A stretch of 64,000 nt of DNA from positions 19,613,082 through 19,677,081 of the forward strand of contig MU054323.1 of the NCBI GenBank assembly GCA_013239625.1, given 5' to 3'. The DNA is from Lama guanicoe (taxonomy: Eukaryota). The notes below the pieces were generated by a model, which saw nothing but the letters and a program-made list of their open reading frames with translations, had not been told where the DNA came from and made no database searches. Shown piece by piece: positions 13,241 through 26,285 of this stretch (its first letter is position 1; every line of letters begins with the position of its first letter). The position numbers were made by a program, and so were the translations under genes.

Positions 13241-14013
13241 CTAAGATATGTCTCTCAAATGTTAGTACCACTTTGTTAGGACTAAGGACCATTTATTCCC
13301 ATCTGAACTCACTGATCACTGTAAATACATCAGAAATCTTCAATATTATCTTTATTAATAGTTATGATGAGTTATTATATTCCTGAAAAAGACATTAACC
13401 AAATTTCTTCCATATGGTTTCTGTCACAATTTGTCACCAAATGTAAAAATCCAGCCCCATCAAGGAGTCTCAGGAAAGGCAAACTCTTTTTGAAATTAAC
13501 TTCCTTGATCTTTTAACAAGTCTTTCCTGTCCATCGAATCTAGCAACAGAATAATTGCAATTACTACCAATACTTACTGATCAATCACTCTGTGTTCTGC
13601 CTGTCAAATCTGTAATAATGATAATAGTAGTCCCAAAACTTCAGTGTTTACTACATGCCTGGCACTGTTCAAAGTTCCTCTCATGATTAGCTCATCCAAA
13701 TTCTAAATATACATATGTATATATTTGAGAGAATGACTCTCTCAAATCTCTCTCTCTATATATATATATATTATCCACAATCCCAAAAAAGGGCAGAAAA
13801 ATTGTACCCTGTATTATCTGAGGTGTTGGTGCCCACTTACAGACCTTGTCATATAAGTATATAATGCTAAAGCTAATGCTTTGATATTGTTTTTTTAAAA
13901 TGGGAGAAAACAAAAAATACCTTTTATTGATTGCTTGTGGTGTTCCTGGAACTTTAGCATTTTTTTTCAGTAAAACATCACAACTATGTATGAATAGATT
14001 TTATTATCCCCAT

Positions 14014-14395
14014 TTTGATAAGTTTATTGAGGCACTGACATATAATAAGCTACACTTATTTAAAGTGTACAATTTAATAGGTCTTGATATATGTATACAC
14101 CCACAAAACCATCACCTACAAAAGTTTCCTTGTGCCCTCTGTAATCCTCCCTCCACCCTTCTCCAGTTGATTGTCCCCAGAAAACCACTGGTCTGCTTTC
14201 TGATGCTATAGAGTAGTGTGCAGTTTCTAGAATTTAAATAGATCATAAATATAATCATAAAATTATACTTTACATAAGTAAGATCATATAGTGAGTAATC
14301 GTGATGCCTGCCATCCTATACTCAGTATGATTATTTTGAGATTCATCCATTTTATTCCATCTGTCAATACTTCATTCCTTTTCACTGCTGATTAC
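14014..14395 (-). mobile_element. Old L1 3' end (L1MB/ME-like), apparently inserted in a MIR
   Basis: agtttattgagg..ataataagctacacttatttaaagtgtacaatt...aaaccactggtctgctttctg...ttttgagattcatccat. MIR-like sequence lies on both sides. Confidence 0.85.
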
Positions 14396-16424
14396 TGTCC
14401 TCATTAGCCCTCACTGTATAAATAAGAAAACTATGAAAATAAGCAACTTGTCTAAGACCGCACAGTAAAGGACTAGATCAGAATGTAAGTCTGTCCAACA
14501 CAAAAGCCCCAGATTTTCCCCCTAAAAATTCTGCTTCTTTTTTTATTTTTAACTGAGAAGTATTCTACATACATGTTCAGAATGGAAGAGATATAGACCT
14601 CAGAGTGACCAGAATATAGTGATCACACCAAAAAAATCATTGCTGGATGACTGGAGACGATGTCAACTGTCCTACCCACCCACCCCCATCACACCTGCTC
14701 CCAGAAGTACCACCCCAACCCTTAGGCTTCCCATTACTAAGTCATTCACCCCAGTAAGACCCCCAGGATCCTGGCTGCCAAGGTACATGGAGATTACCAT
14801 GCACAGGGCCTAAGCTCTAGCTAGAGTCGCATCTTATAGGCCAAAAGGGACAGGAGTATGTGGGACAGATGATGGGAGGTGGTCAGACTTATAGCAGGTA
14901 GGGAGGCATGCAAAGAATTATGAAGAGTTCATTAAACTGGGTCACTTATGGGACTTCCCTTGCTAAACAGACTTTTTAGTAGAGAGGGAAGAGGAAGTAA
15001 CAAGGAGAAAGTGGAAAAGGCAAGGTGGACTATCCTTGCCAATGCCCCAACTGCTAATTTGGTGATCTCAGGTATACATGATCCTTGGAATATAAAAACT
15101 TAACAGACTGTATTTTTCCATAATCTTCAACCTACTTTTGAAGATGAATTAAAACAATAATAACAACAATAACCAGTATGGTAATAGACTGCTTGCTATG
15201 TGCCAGGCACCAATCAAGAGAATCCATTTCCATTTTACTAACTGTGAAATTAATTATCAGAAAATATAAATGCCTCATCCAAAGTCACACAGCCAGAGAG
15301 ACTGAGTTATAAATAGACTTCAAACCTCTAAGTCTCAGTCCAGTGCTCTTCCCATGACTCACAAGGATTCCAGGCTGCCCTGCACCCAAACCCCACCACA
15401 CACTTCACCATCATTAGTCCCATCACAGGCTCAACCTCGAGTGTAGGTTGACTTAGGTCCTTCACTTTCAGACCCTTGACACCTTCTCTTACCCCAGCAG
15501 CACATGTCATTCTGTGTTCCCTGCCCTCAAAATACTGTTCAACACTAGAGTCAACTTAAAAGATACTCCAGTAAACTAATTCTGTACCAAAGGGTTAATG
15601 ATTATAATGTTATGTTCTTCTCTGGCACCAATTGGGGCTTAAAAATACAGTGCCTAAATGAGTAATGGGAAAGATGGGCAGGACTGTGATGTTGAGATTT
15701 TCCAAGTCTGGTCTTCATACATGTGAATGTCATAAATTTACAGACTCTAATTCCAGGCAAAGTAAACCACTATTCCTCTTTTGGAGGGTCCAACGTGGAC
15801 TAAAATGACCTTTTGCCTGGGGAAGGAAGAAGGGAAATAGTAACCATAATAGTAAATGATAATAATAACATGAGTCAGCATTTACTGCCTACTATACATT
15901 TGGGTATTTTTATCAGTATCATCTCAATTAATCCACAATCCCATTAAACAGGTGCTATTGTTAGTCCCATTTACAGATGAGGAAACAGAGAGAGAGAGAG
16001 AGAGACATCAGGTAATCTGGGAATTAATGGCTGGTCTTTCAAACTCCACTACACTCATTCCTAACCAGTTCACAGATGTCCACAGCTGTCGTTCATTAAA
16101 CACCTATTTTGTACCTGGCACTGTGCGAACCTTAAGCATATTAATAACTGAAACTGCACACTCATCCTCTGAGGTGGTATTACAGATGAGACCCATTTCA
16201 TAGATGAGACCCAGGCAGGAAAGAAAGGAAACTGACTTAAGTGTAAAGCTGGAACCGAGCACAGGCAGTCAGCCCTGAGAGCCTACACTCCCAACCAGGA
16301 TGGCCGATTTCCATTTGAACCTAGGTCTTTTTCTAGGCCTTAAGGCTTTCGGTTCTGGGAGCCAAGCGAACAAAGCACAGCCTCCGAGTAGCTAGTCGGA
16401 GACTGAAGACGCGTTACCTCTTCA

Positions 16425-16442
16425 GACCACCTGGGGGCGCCG
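16425..16442 (+). promoter_or_regulatory. CTCF-like motif
   Basis: gaccacctgggggcgccg, one mismatch from the core CCACCAGGGGGCGC. Confidence 0.55.
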
Positions 16443-16563
16443 ACCGCCCTGGGTTGGAGAGAACGGCGAGAAACCCGGCTCGGCCACACGCTGCGCGGCT
16501 CCGGTCTAGCCCGCCCCATCCCACAGCAGCCAACCAGAAGCTCTGTGACTGCGCAGCGCTCAC

Positions 16564-16674
16564 CGCGGGAACAGCCGGGAAGAACGACCGGATAATTCTC
16601 TTAAGGGGCATTGACGGACACTTGATGGAACGTCTCCACAGGAGTCTGTAGCGGGTACAGAGGGCTCCAGACAT
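16564..16674 (-). other. Candidate first exon of an unidentified minus-strand gene (5' end uncertain)
   Basis: Donor GCG|GTGAGC at 16564/16563, with an alternative GAG|GTAACG at 16418/16417. An ATG at 16674 would give 37 codons in phase 0, but coding status is unproven. Confidence 0.4.
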
Positions 16675-17244
16675 TTTTACCTGAAAAATTCTCTAGGTGA
16701 AGCGTCTCTGCCCAGCCCGCGTACGACGGAGAAGGCGGTAACCAATCCGGATAGTCCTCTTACGTGTCCACCAATCATCGTTCTACTTTCCAGGCGGTCC
16801 CTTACCCTTCAGCCTATCAGGAGCGCAGTTTGCCGCTTGCCGGTCACGTGGGCCAAGGCGAGGCCGGACTCCTCGTGGACCCAGCCGCGAGCGGAGGCTG
16901 AACGCGGCCCCTGCTAGAACGTTCGCTTCTGTAGGTTGGGACTCTGCGAAAGACAGCGGCTGCCAGGTTTTTGCCGGCGCTGCAATGGGCAGCGGACTGG
17001 GTTCTGACCCAGAACTTTACATTGGGGCCACAGTTACTCTTTCCCAGGGCTTTCCACCTGCTCTAATTTCGCTCACCTCCTCCTGCTAGGATCCCACACA
17101 AAGTCTTCACATCTCCTTGCGGGGACTGGTCCGCTCTGAGCGCCTTTGGAACTTTGTAAATACCACACTGCAGCATTTATTGCACTGTTTTATTTATTAC
17201 TCCCACATTGGACTGGGGTCGAGACCGTATTTTAAACATCTTTG

Positions 17245-17410
17245 CATTGAGCAAGTTATTTAAACTCTCTCTGCAGCGCTTTTACCAACTGAAAAACGGG
17301 GACAATAGTACCTCCTGCCAAAAATGTGTGCATTAAATTAATGCTTGTGAAGCACTTAGAAGCGTATCTTGCACACAGCAAATGCTGAGCAAATGTTGGC
17401 TTCTATTACT
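17245..17410 (+). mobile_element. MIR SINE
   Basis: gagcaagttatttaaactctct...tgaaaaacggggacaatagtacctcct...aagcacttagaa...aaatgttggcttctatta. Confidence 0.75.
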
Positions 17411-17529
17411 CCTTTGCCTGGCACAAGTCTGTAATAAGTTTTCAATGGTGTTTAGAATCAGTTTCACATACTTATTATTGGAAGCTTAAATCTTGGCTTC
17501 CTCAAAACTGCTGCACGAAGAGGATGGTA

Positions 17530-17632
17530 AAATATATATAAGAAATGTATATTTATATTTTTATATTTATATACATTTTTCATATATATAGTTATAGTTG
17601 TATATATAGTTACTGTGTATATATATAGTTAC
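17530..17632. repeat. Degenerate (TA)n low-complexity tract
   Basis: Repeated atatatatagtta-like units. Confidence 0.8.
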
Positions 17633-17669
17633 ACCAAGGTGCTTCAACATGTTACCGCCACTGACAACA

Positions 17670-17865
17670 GCTCTCTGGAGTCAGAACCTGGGTTCAAGTT
17701 ATGACTAACTTGCTAACTGAATGACCATGGAAATTACCTTTAAAATTCTTTAGTTCCTCAACTGAAGTAGGGATGATAATAATACCTATTTCATAGGGTT
17801 GTAATGCACGCAGGTAATGATGAGAAGTGCTGAGAACAGTGTCTGTCCTATAATAAACTCTCAGT
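17670..17865 (+). mobile_element. MIR SINE
   Basis: ctctggagtcagaacctgggttcaagt...gggatgataataatacctatttcatagggttgta. Confidence 0.75.
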
Positions 17866-19234
17866 TTTCTCCTTCCTTATTCCAATTTCACTTTGCGAAC
17901 AAGGGCAAGAATGTAATGGCACAGTATAGTTTCTTATCCTGTACCTTCCACTTGTCCCCTGCTTTAACTTTTGCAAAGCGTTTTCATATATGATCTCATT
18001 TAACACTCACAACAACCCTGTGATGGTCAGGGCAGTTACTGGTTTGCTAGAATCCCAAAGCACCTTTTTGGTACACTTTCATATATGTGCATTTGGAAGA
18101 AAGTTATTTTCTATTATGTTTTTTAATTTAGCCTACAACTTGTTTTCTTCATTTTACAGTACATCTGATTTTTTATGTCTATATCTCTATTTCTTTTTAA
18201 TTACTGCACAGTCTTTCATACCTGAATTCATTTAACCATTCCCTCCTCCTACATTCTAGTTCTTAAAGCCCAATTCTGCTGAGTCTCCCTCCAGGCCCAA
18301 GGCTTTGATTACTGAGACTCTGAGTAGTCTCCAGGCCCAAAGACTCACATCACCAGGAAGTGAAATCCTTGTGATCAAGAGTATCCACCTGGCTCCAGAT
18401 TTCTCCCAGACCACAAGCCCAAAGCTCCAGCAACCTGTGGGAGGAGTGTCCTTCCTCCCAGGGAGGAAGGAGTTGGGAGAGGATGCCCACATAGGACTGG
18501 AAAGGGCTGATGACTTTGCCCTTCAGCAGTATTGCCAGAGGGGCTCTCTCAGACAGCCCCTCCCCAAAGCTAAGGGTTCCTCAGCACCTCTGCCCTTGTA
18601 TCTACCCCATCCCTCACACACTTTGCCCCCGAAGAACTTATTCAACTGTAACCTCTCCCCCTACACTCCAGAAAAGACACACTGTCCTATTGTCAGATGC
18701 ACTGTTATCCCATTAAAGCTTCCCAGAAATCCTGGCAGAGCTCCCCCCGCAGCTTTGTCTAAGGGCTCAGGCTCAGCCAGGAGATAGAAGGAGACCAAGA
18801 AGGTCAGGGGCACCCACCACGACACAGGGGACCCTGAGACACCTGGCTCTAACATGTAGCTCTGCAGCCAAGAATGCTGCTTACCTTCCCTGAACCTCAG
18901 TTTCTTCATTTGTCAAATAGAAACAGTGGAAGGGCAGTGAGAATCTGAGATACGTACATGGAGGGAGCAGGCACGCAAACATCATCTGCAAAGCTGTCAG
19001 GGAATTAGGAGAGGGAGAGGCCAAGACTGCGTCTTCCTCCTGGGGATGGATGGAGATGCTCCTGGAGCACAGCTCAGCACGGGAGCCCCTCTCTCCCCTC
19101 CTGGAAGAAGCGGAGGAGCAGGATTGTGTCTCAGGGTTATGTGGATGCTATTGCTTTAGGCTGTTGCCAAGTCTCAGCCCTTATAAAGTGCCCTCTCCTC
19201 AGCTCCTGCAAGACGCTGTACATCAATAGAACCA

Positions 19235-19735
19235 GTCTCACACAGGGCACCGGTTATTTTCTGCTTTACTACACCCTCCAGCCCCCTTTCTTCCTTAGTA
19301 ACAGAACCCTGATTGAGACCTGGGATCATTGCCTTTGGGAATAAAACTACATTTCCCAGACTCCTTTGCAACTAGCTTTCTGGTCAATGAGAGGTAAGAG
19401 ACAGTTCTGTGTGGGACTTCCTGGGAGGCACAGTGAAGGCAGCCCTGGCTCCCTTTTCCCTTCTCCCCTTTTCCCTTCCCCCTTTCCCTCTTCCTCAGTC
19501 CTGCTTCCTGGGAGTGAGGTGACTTTTACTGAGGATGGCGGCCACAAGCTAGGATGATGGGGCAGAAATATTAAAGGAGCTTAATCTTGATAACAATGGG
19601 CCTTGAACTGCCTTCCTCCAGACTTCTTTGATGTGAGAAAATAAAACCCTTATGTTTATAAGCCACTGCCATCTTGAGTTTCCTGTTATACATAGCCTGT
19701 TAGAACATAGCCTGTTCTAATTCTTAACTGACCAG
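19235..19735 (+). mobile_element. Old MaLR LTR (MLT1K/J-like)
   Basis: ttcttccttagtaacagaaccctgatt...ctacatttcccagactcctttgcaactag...cctccagacttct..gtgagaaaataaaacccttatgtttaataagccactg. Confidence 0.75.
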
Positions 19736-20323
19736 TCTCTCTTCTGCAAGGTTTAGAAGTTGGTGGAAGGAGAGTGGCTTATATCCCACTGATTTTTTTT
19801 TTCTTTTGTTGTAAAGAACAAAGCAGAGAAATTAAACTCTGTTATTGGCTCAACTGCCTTAACTTTAGACATCTAATTTAGAACATTCTGATAACTGGGT
19901 TAGGTTGACCGGCTCAAAATTAGCCTTGGACTAGTGAAATATTTTGGTCCAAAACATACAATAGACCCTGTATCTAAACTACACATTAGCGTGAGCTTGA
20001 CATTTGAGTTTCATGTAGAAAGAAAACATAATATTCTGCAGAAAAAGATCCTCAATACACAAGCACACTGCCATGTTTTTGTTGGTGTTTAAATTCGAGC
20101 TCCAAAGTGAACTCAAAGTAACAGCTTCTTTGGAACAGAATCCAGCCATAATAGTGGTCTCCCAGGAATGTTCAAGCATTCAACAGTTAACTTCTGGCTC
20201 AAAGCCTTCGAAACTTCCAACCCTGGTTCTCCTCCAGAGGGATTCTGCAGGCCCCTCTCTTAGCAAAACTTTTGCAACCCTGCCCTCTGGGAGACATCGT
20301 GGGAGGGAACACTTGTTCCAGAG

Positions 20324-20510
20324 CAATGGTTCTCAAATGTCAGAGGGCCTCAGAATTACCTGGAGGGCTTGTTAAAATTCACATTGGTCTCCAAACCAAG
20401 AAGATCTGATTCAGTAGAACTGAATGGGGACCCAAATATTTGAAGCTTTAATATATTCTTCAGTGATGTTAACGGGCCGCCGGTCCAGGGACACATTTTG
20501 AGAACCACTG
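20324..20510. mobile_element. Full-length MER5A-like hAT-Charlie MITE
   Basis: Terminal inverted repeats caatggttctcaaa / tttgagaaccactg, 187 bp overall. The flanks ttccagag / tcctagac resemble a decayed 8-bp TSD. Confidence 0.9.
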
Positions 20511-21142
20511 TCCTAGACAAAGGTAGTTCTTCAGGCTACTTCTTTCAGATCTTTGGGGAATTTCCTGCATTGTATTCGGAGGAGGCTGGAGTTGGTGGTA
20601 ACCTCTGCATAGCTGCCCTGGAAACCTGTCAGCCAGGAACTCTGTCTGCCTCCGCGCCCCAGGGCTCCGCTCAGGCCCCCCTGGGGAGTGTTCCTTCCCC
20701 CTGGGCCACTGAGCCAGGGAGCTTCAGAGGCTCTTCCTCCGTGGAGTTTCCTTTAACGGTGTGGGGGGTTGGGTGGAATTGGATAACTTAGTTTTCTTTA
20801 ATGCCTTAATACGTTAAAAACATGTATGTTTGGTTTTGTAATGAAAAGACAAAAAGAGAAATGTTAAAGAATATAGACTCATTTGGAAATGTTTGCTAGT
20901 AACATTTATGGAAAAGTTACTGTGTTCCAGATCTGATATTAAATGCTCATGTAACGGCTGTTACCGTATTTCAACTCTAAGCAGGCTTAGAGAAGTTAAG
21001 TAACTTCTGCCCAATGTGCCGCAGCTGGTCAGTGCCAGAGCAGGGTTTCAGGGCCACATCTACACAAATCCGAAGCCTGATCCTTAATGCTTAGGCAATG
21101 CTGTGGCTTAAAAATGCTGCCAATTTTCTAATGCCACTAGGA

Positions 21143-21389
21143 CATGCACTGTCAACATAGGTGATGCGACCCCCAAACGGAGCAAAAATTGGTTCTTAGG
21201 GGAAGGAGAAGTGGGGAGACAAAAGAACCTTATTCTTTTTGTATATAAAGCACAGATTCACATACAGTGCCTAATGGCTATGCGGTATATCTGTAGTAGT
21301 ACATTTTATGGGGGAGGGGTAATTAGGGAAAAATAACCTAAGAAGTCTCCTTACAAGGACAGTAATGAAAATAAAGTCAAGAAACACTG
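21143..21389. mobile_element. hAT-type MITE (family not assigned)
   Basis: Internal gcaaaaattggttctt...tatataaagcacagat..catacagt...ggtatatctgt pattern, ending aagaaacactg. Confidence 0.65.
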
Positions 21390-21639
21390 CAAGGACATTT
21401 TGGCAAAGAGCCCATTCGCTGAGAAAGTTAGTTCTGTCTTACACAACTTTCAAAGTTTTCTCATGGAGCAGAGAACGAACAAAACATCTGACATTTATTG
21501 CTGAAAGCTTTTTAGTCATTATGCCATCTGGTCCTTCCAAGAACCTCTTGATGTAGTCATTAAAGAAGATATTTACTGTCCACACCTAATAGATGAAGGA
21601 GTTAGACTTTGGAGATTAAAAAAGAAAACACCTAGATTT

Positions 21640-22080
21640 AATACCAAACAAAACTTTCCTTCTAGAGTAAAGTGAAATAAAGAAAAGTATAGTCAAAGCA
21701 AAGCAGAATTGTTAGCAACAGACCCTCAAGATGAAAACTTAAACATCTGAGATGCAAGAAGGAATGAAGAAAGCAAACAGAGTTATTAACATGTGAACAA
21801 ATCCATACAAACACTAATATATAAAACAACAGTTGTAATGTCTAATTTAGGGGTTTCTAAACATATGACAAAACTAAGATGTTAGACAGCAAAAGCATAT
21901 AGCTCAGGAGGGAAGATTGGAGTTAGAGCACGTTCAAGTCCTTGAGTTGTTTGGGGAGAAGAGTACAAATACTAATGGGAGAATTTAAGTTACACATGCA
22001 TGCTAAATTTCCAAGTTAATACAAGAATAAACATTGAGTGTTAAAACCAATCAGAGGAATGAGGAACAAAACCTATGCTG
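21640..22080 (+). mobile_element. Very old L1 fragment (ORF1 end/inter-ORF-like)
   Basis: A-rich, with decayed L1M phrases (agaattgttagcaacagaccctca, agaaggaatgaaga). Similar in style to 60.6-60.9 kb. Confidence 0.5.
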
Positions 22081-22152
22081 TCTCATCACAAATGTTAATG
22101 ATCACTGAAAAAATATCAGGGTCTTGATATTTACTTAAAATCATCATCTTTG

Positions 22153-22646
22153 TGACTGGATAAAGAAGTTGTGGTATATTTATACAATGGAATACTACTC
22201 GGCCATGAAAAATAATAAAATAACGCCATTTGTAGCAACATGAATGGCCCTGGAGAATGTCTTTCTAAGTGAAGTAAGCCATAAAAAGCAAGGAAAATAC
22301 TGTATGATATCACTCACATGTGGAATCTAAAAAAAAAAAGACGAACTAATTTATAAAACAGAAACAGACTCACAGACATGGAAAACAAACTTATGGTTAC
22401 CAGAGGGGAAGAGGATGGGAAGGGGTGGGAGTTTGAAATTTGCAGATACTGACTGGTATATATAAAACAGATAAACAAGTTTATATTGTATAGCACAGGG
22501 AACTAAATTTGATATCTTGTAGTAGCTTATGGTGAAAAAGAATAAAAAAACAAATATATGTATATTCATGTATGACTGAAGCCTTGTGCTGTACACCAGA
22601 AATTGACACAACATTGTAAACTGACTATACTTCAATAAAAAAAAGT
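22153..22646 (+). mobile_element. 5'-truncated young L1 with target-site duplication
   Basis: ORF2 tail ([17 protein letters not shown]), 3' UTR, AATAAA and polyA. 16-bp TSD aaa(a/g)tcatcatctttg at 22137-22152 and 22647-22662. Confidence 0.95.
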
Positions 22647-24917
22647 AAAGTCATCATCTTTGAATACAATCTTTTTTAATGCTGCTTAAAATCAATTGCA
22701 TAAGTTAAGCTTTTTATTACTGAAAATAAGAAAGTCTTTTTTTAATCTTATGACTCAAAAACTGCTTAGGACTTAAACATTGTTTTCTAAAGGGTGGTTT
22801 ATAAAATTCTGTCTTCCTGAGATTCTAAGCCCCAAAGAAAAGGATTCATGGTCCACTGGTTTGAGGGTTGCTACGCACCCCCTCCTCACCTGGAGATTCA
22901 TAAAACTTCAAGGCCCTAAGAAGACTTACACTTATAAGGAAACTCCTTGCCTTGGTCAACCCCAGTACTTTACAAGCATCCTACCCACCCCTCCTCTATG
23001 AAATGGAGTAACACTCCATGGGAACTTACTCAGGAAACATCTGGATTAAACTTCCTTGTTTGGGCTAGGTGGCTCAGACTGAGAATACACCAAAAACACA
23101 AAATGTGGACTTTGTTCTTTGGGATCATGGACAAAACTATTTTAGAAGGTTGAAACTTTGACCTCAAGCAATTTGGAACATAGTAATGTCAGCCACTTGC
23201 AAAACCTCACAGTTACATCCATTGGTACCCACACATAGCAAATACTGCCTCCGGGCCCCAATGTGTGCACACAGAATTGCTCTCCTGTAGTCCAGTCACT
23301 GCAGAGACAGCATGCCCACAGCCACAGGCTCACGCCTCCTGCCAGTTCACCCCGCCAATAACCAGTGTCGGTCTTCACAGCTCATGTGTTCTCATTTCTC
23401 CACCACCTACCTACCATCTCCTTTCTCTCCAGTCTGGCTTTGGGAGTTTGAAAAGGGATGAGACTAAAGAGATTTCTGAGGAGACAGTCTCCTGGCTCCT
23501 CAGGGTAGAGTCCGTGGATGAAAGTAACCCAGGACAAGTCACTTCCTTTCCCTATCTGGGCCTCAGTTTCCTCCCTGGTCTATGGAAGGAGTGGTACCCT
23601 CTGAGCTCCTTCTGGTCTCCGATTGTGCATCTGTAGAATGAAGGGATGGAAGAAGATGATGCCTGCTTTTCGTCCAGCTCTGACATTTTCTGATTTCAGA
23701 GACCACCCCACTTCACTCTCTCTCAGAGGAGGCAACTTTAGCCCAGAGAGGTAAAGCAACTTGCCCAAGGCCACACAGCTCATGAGTAGCATAGTAGGGA
23801 CTGGACCTGCCTTGGCCCTGAGTCCTAACTTGTGTGTGCATATGTCTGTTCATGTGCATTGTGTGCAGGTGTGAGAGTGGATGTATGTGGATACACAGCA
23901 AGGTGGCATATTCTGAAGTGTCTAGTTGGACTGTGATATTTCCAAAGGCTTCCATGCATGTGAGGGCGGCTATGCAGCCAGCCTTGGATGTGAGTGGGAT
24001 GGGCAACCCTGGGGAGGTGAGGAAGCCTATAAGGTCTCCCTTCTCCTCCCTAACCTCTCCTCCACCGCTCATGCGCCTTGCCTAGTCAGATGTGGCCACC
24101 TCTAGCCACCTTGACCTCATGAGCAACTTTCTGCTCCCAGTTCAGAAACACCAGGCAGGGAGACAGTTGATCCTAAGGAGGATGGGAAGTGGTTTTTTCC
24201 CCAGGATCCAGTTGAGTTCCAGCCAGCCAGTGCTGCCACAACCTCCAAGTGGAGACAGAGTGATGCTTCCAGGACAAGACTGAGCCTGGACTGGCCTGCT
24301 GCCTCCATTTAAGAGTCCCCAGCCCCCCGGGGCCATCGCTTCCTCCAGCTGCTCACACATTCAAGTATTTACGTACCTTTGTGTGCTTGGCTATTGCGTG
24401 TGAGACCTCCAAATGGTTACTCCACAAGGTCCCCAGGGAGGAATCTGCCTGGAGAACAGCCAGATGCCGAATCCTGCCTGACCCAGCCCCAACAATCAGC
24501 CTCTTGTTACCACATCCATGCTTTAACTCTGGCTTGATTGGCATAATCTTTAGGCTTAAATCTCACTGTCAAACTTGCTGGATTCTGTCTTCCTCGGTCT
24601 TCATCCCTCTGCAGCTCTGCCCTTGCATGCCTCTTAGCACTTCCTGATCAAGTCTTTTCCTCCCACAATCCACAGGAGCAAATTCCCCTCAGTGGTAGCT
24701 CCTGCAAGTCCTCCCACTTTGATCAAGTTCCCATGCCTCCTGACCCCCTTTTCTTAACTGTACCTGACACCTGGTCACCAGCTCAAAAGGCCACAATCCC
24801 CTACATTTCTCTTTTCAACTTCCAACCCTGCTGACATCAGCATCTCTAAAGCTTTCTATTGTCTTCACTGATGTAGAGATTATAAGTTAACGCACACTAT
24901 AAACTCAGTGGGAGGGA

Positions 24918-24950
24918 TGTGTGAGTGTGAGTGTGAGTGTGTGTGTGTGT
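24918..24950. repeat. (GT)n/(GAGTGT)n microsatellite
   Basis: tgtgtgagtgtgagtgtgagtgtgtgtgtgtgt. Confidence 0.9.
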
Positions 24951-25689
24951 ACACTAATGTTGGGGAGTGGGAAGTGTCACTAGCTCATCTGCTGCAATGA
25001 GAAGACAGAATGTTGAGTATCTGCAAATTCTTAATTTCAATGTCAGTCTGATCTCTCCAGAAATGTCACTCCAGCCGTGGGAGAAAATTCAGGGGCTCTG
25101 ATCACATTAGCTCCTCCTTCTCTCCCCAGTGGGTATGTTGTGCCCGTTGCCTGCCCTCATCCCCAGGAAGAGTTCCTTCCAGGTTCCTTGGCACCAGCCT
25201 CACCCCACAGTCAGACCCACCGTCATCTATACCCCAGAGTGAGGAGGAGGTCCGTCTCAGCCCCTGAGTGTGTGTCCCAGGGCAAAGGAACTGGAGTGAG
25301 TCATCTCTTGGGATCCCTCGGAGGTGGAAGGATGGCTGAGGAGGTGAGGGAGAGGCAGGGGGCTCAGCTGCACTGCTCCAGCTCTGCTGGTTGGGGAGGG
25401 AGGCTTTACAAGGCGTGGGTGGACAGTGTAAATTCACAGGAGAGAGAGATCGGAAGGCTGTGCCCCCACGGACTTCAACCTGACAGTCCAGCAGAATCCC
25501 TGTGAAGCTTGTAAACAATGAGGATGTGCTGAGGGAACCACAGACCAAGGAAACCGAAACTCCAGGTGGAAGATGAAGAATCTGTATAGAAGAAATCTCC
25601 CCAGGTGATTCAGATGCACAAGCAGCTTTTTTTTTTTTTAACACAAGCAGCATTTAAAGGCAGCGACACACCAGGCGCCTCCTGATGTA

Positions 25690-26285
25690 ATTCAGCAAGA
25701 GGCAATACGGTATCACCAACGACGTATTCTTGCCAAAATGCCTAACCTGAATCTAACCTGGAGTAAACAAGCTGATAGCTCCAGCTGCGGGACATTCTAC
25801 AACAAATCCAGCCTGGACTCTTCAAAAAAGTCAATATCATAAAATTTCTTAAGATGGCAAGGAAGGTGGACTATTTTTGATTAAAAGACACTAAAAAGAC
25901 ATAACTCAATACACTGCATAAACCTTAATTCGAGCTCAGAGTTAAACACACACACACAACTATAGGAGACATTTTGGAGATAATTAGAGAAATATGAAAC
26001 TTTGAATATAGGATGTAGGTTAGGTGATATTATAAAATTGTTCACTAGTTTTCAGCTGGGATGAGATGAGGGTGTTGTGGCTGTGTAGAAGTTCCTTACC
26101 TTTACAAAATGCCTGCTCAATATTTGATATTGAAGTGTTATGATTTCTGCACACAAAAAATGGAGAGAAGAGGACAGGAAGGGAAAGTGGCCAATGGCAA
26201 TAACTGGTAAATCTGGTGGGAGGAATACGGGTACTCATTCTACCGTTCTTTCACATTTCCTACAGTTCTAATATATTTTTTTAAC
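25690..26285 (+). mobile_element. Old L1 (L1ME-like) 3' end
   Basis: gtattcttgccaaaatgcctaacctgaatctaa...gcctggactcttcaaaaaagtcaatatcat...tactcattctaccgttctttcacatttcct. Confidence 0.8.

Larger units (their letters stand above)
16350..17010. promoter_or_regulatory. CpG-island promoter, probably of a gene transcribed leftwards (possibly bidirectional)
   Basis: Densest CpG cluster in the window. CCAAT at 16742 and 16771, GTCACGTG E-box at 16843-16850, GC box ccgcccc at ~16511, and minus-strand splice donors. Confidence 0.85.

Noticed and set aside
11958..13738. Identical 15-mer tttgagagaatgact at 11958 and 13724
   Set aside because: A few exact 15-mer pairs are expected by chance in 64 kb, and the similarity does not extend.
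13723..13747. 10-bp hairpin atttgagaga/tctctcaaat
   Set aside because: It is short and adjacent to (CT)n/(TA)n low-complexity sequence, with no evidence of function.
16414..16674. 86-aa single-exon ORF in the CpG island as a complete gene
   Set aside because: It reads through a strong splice donor and its stop overlaps another donor. It is kept only as a candidate first exon.
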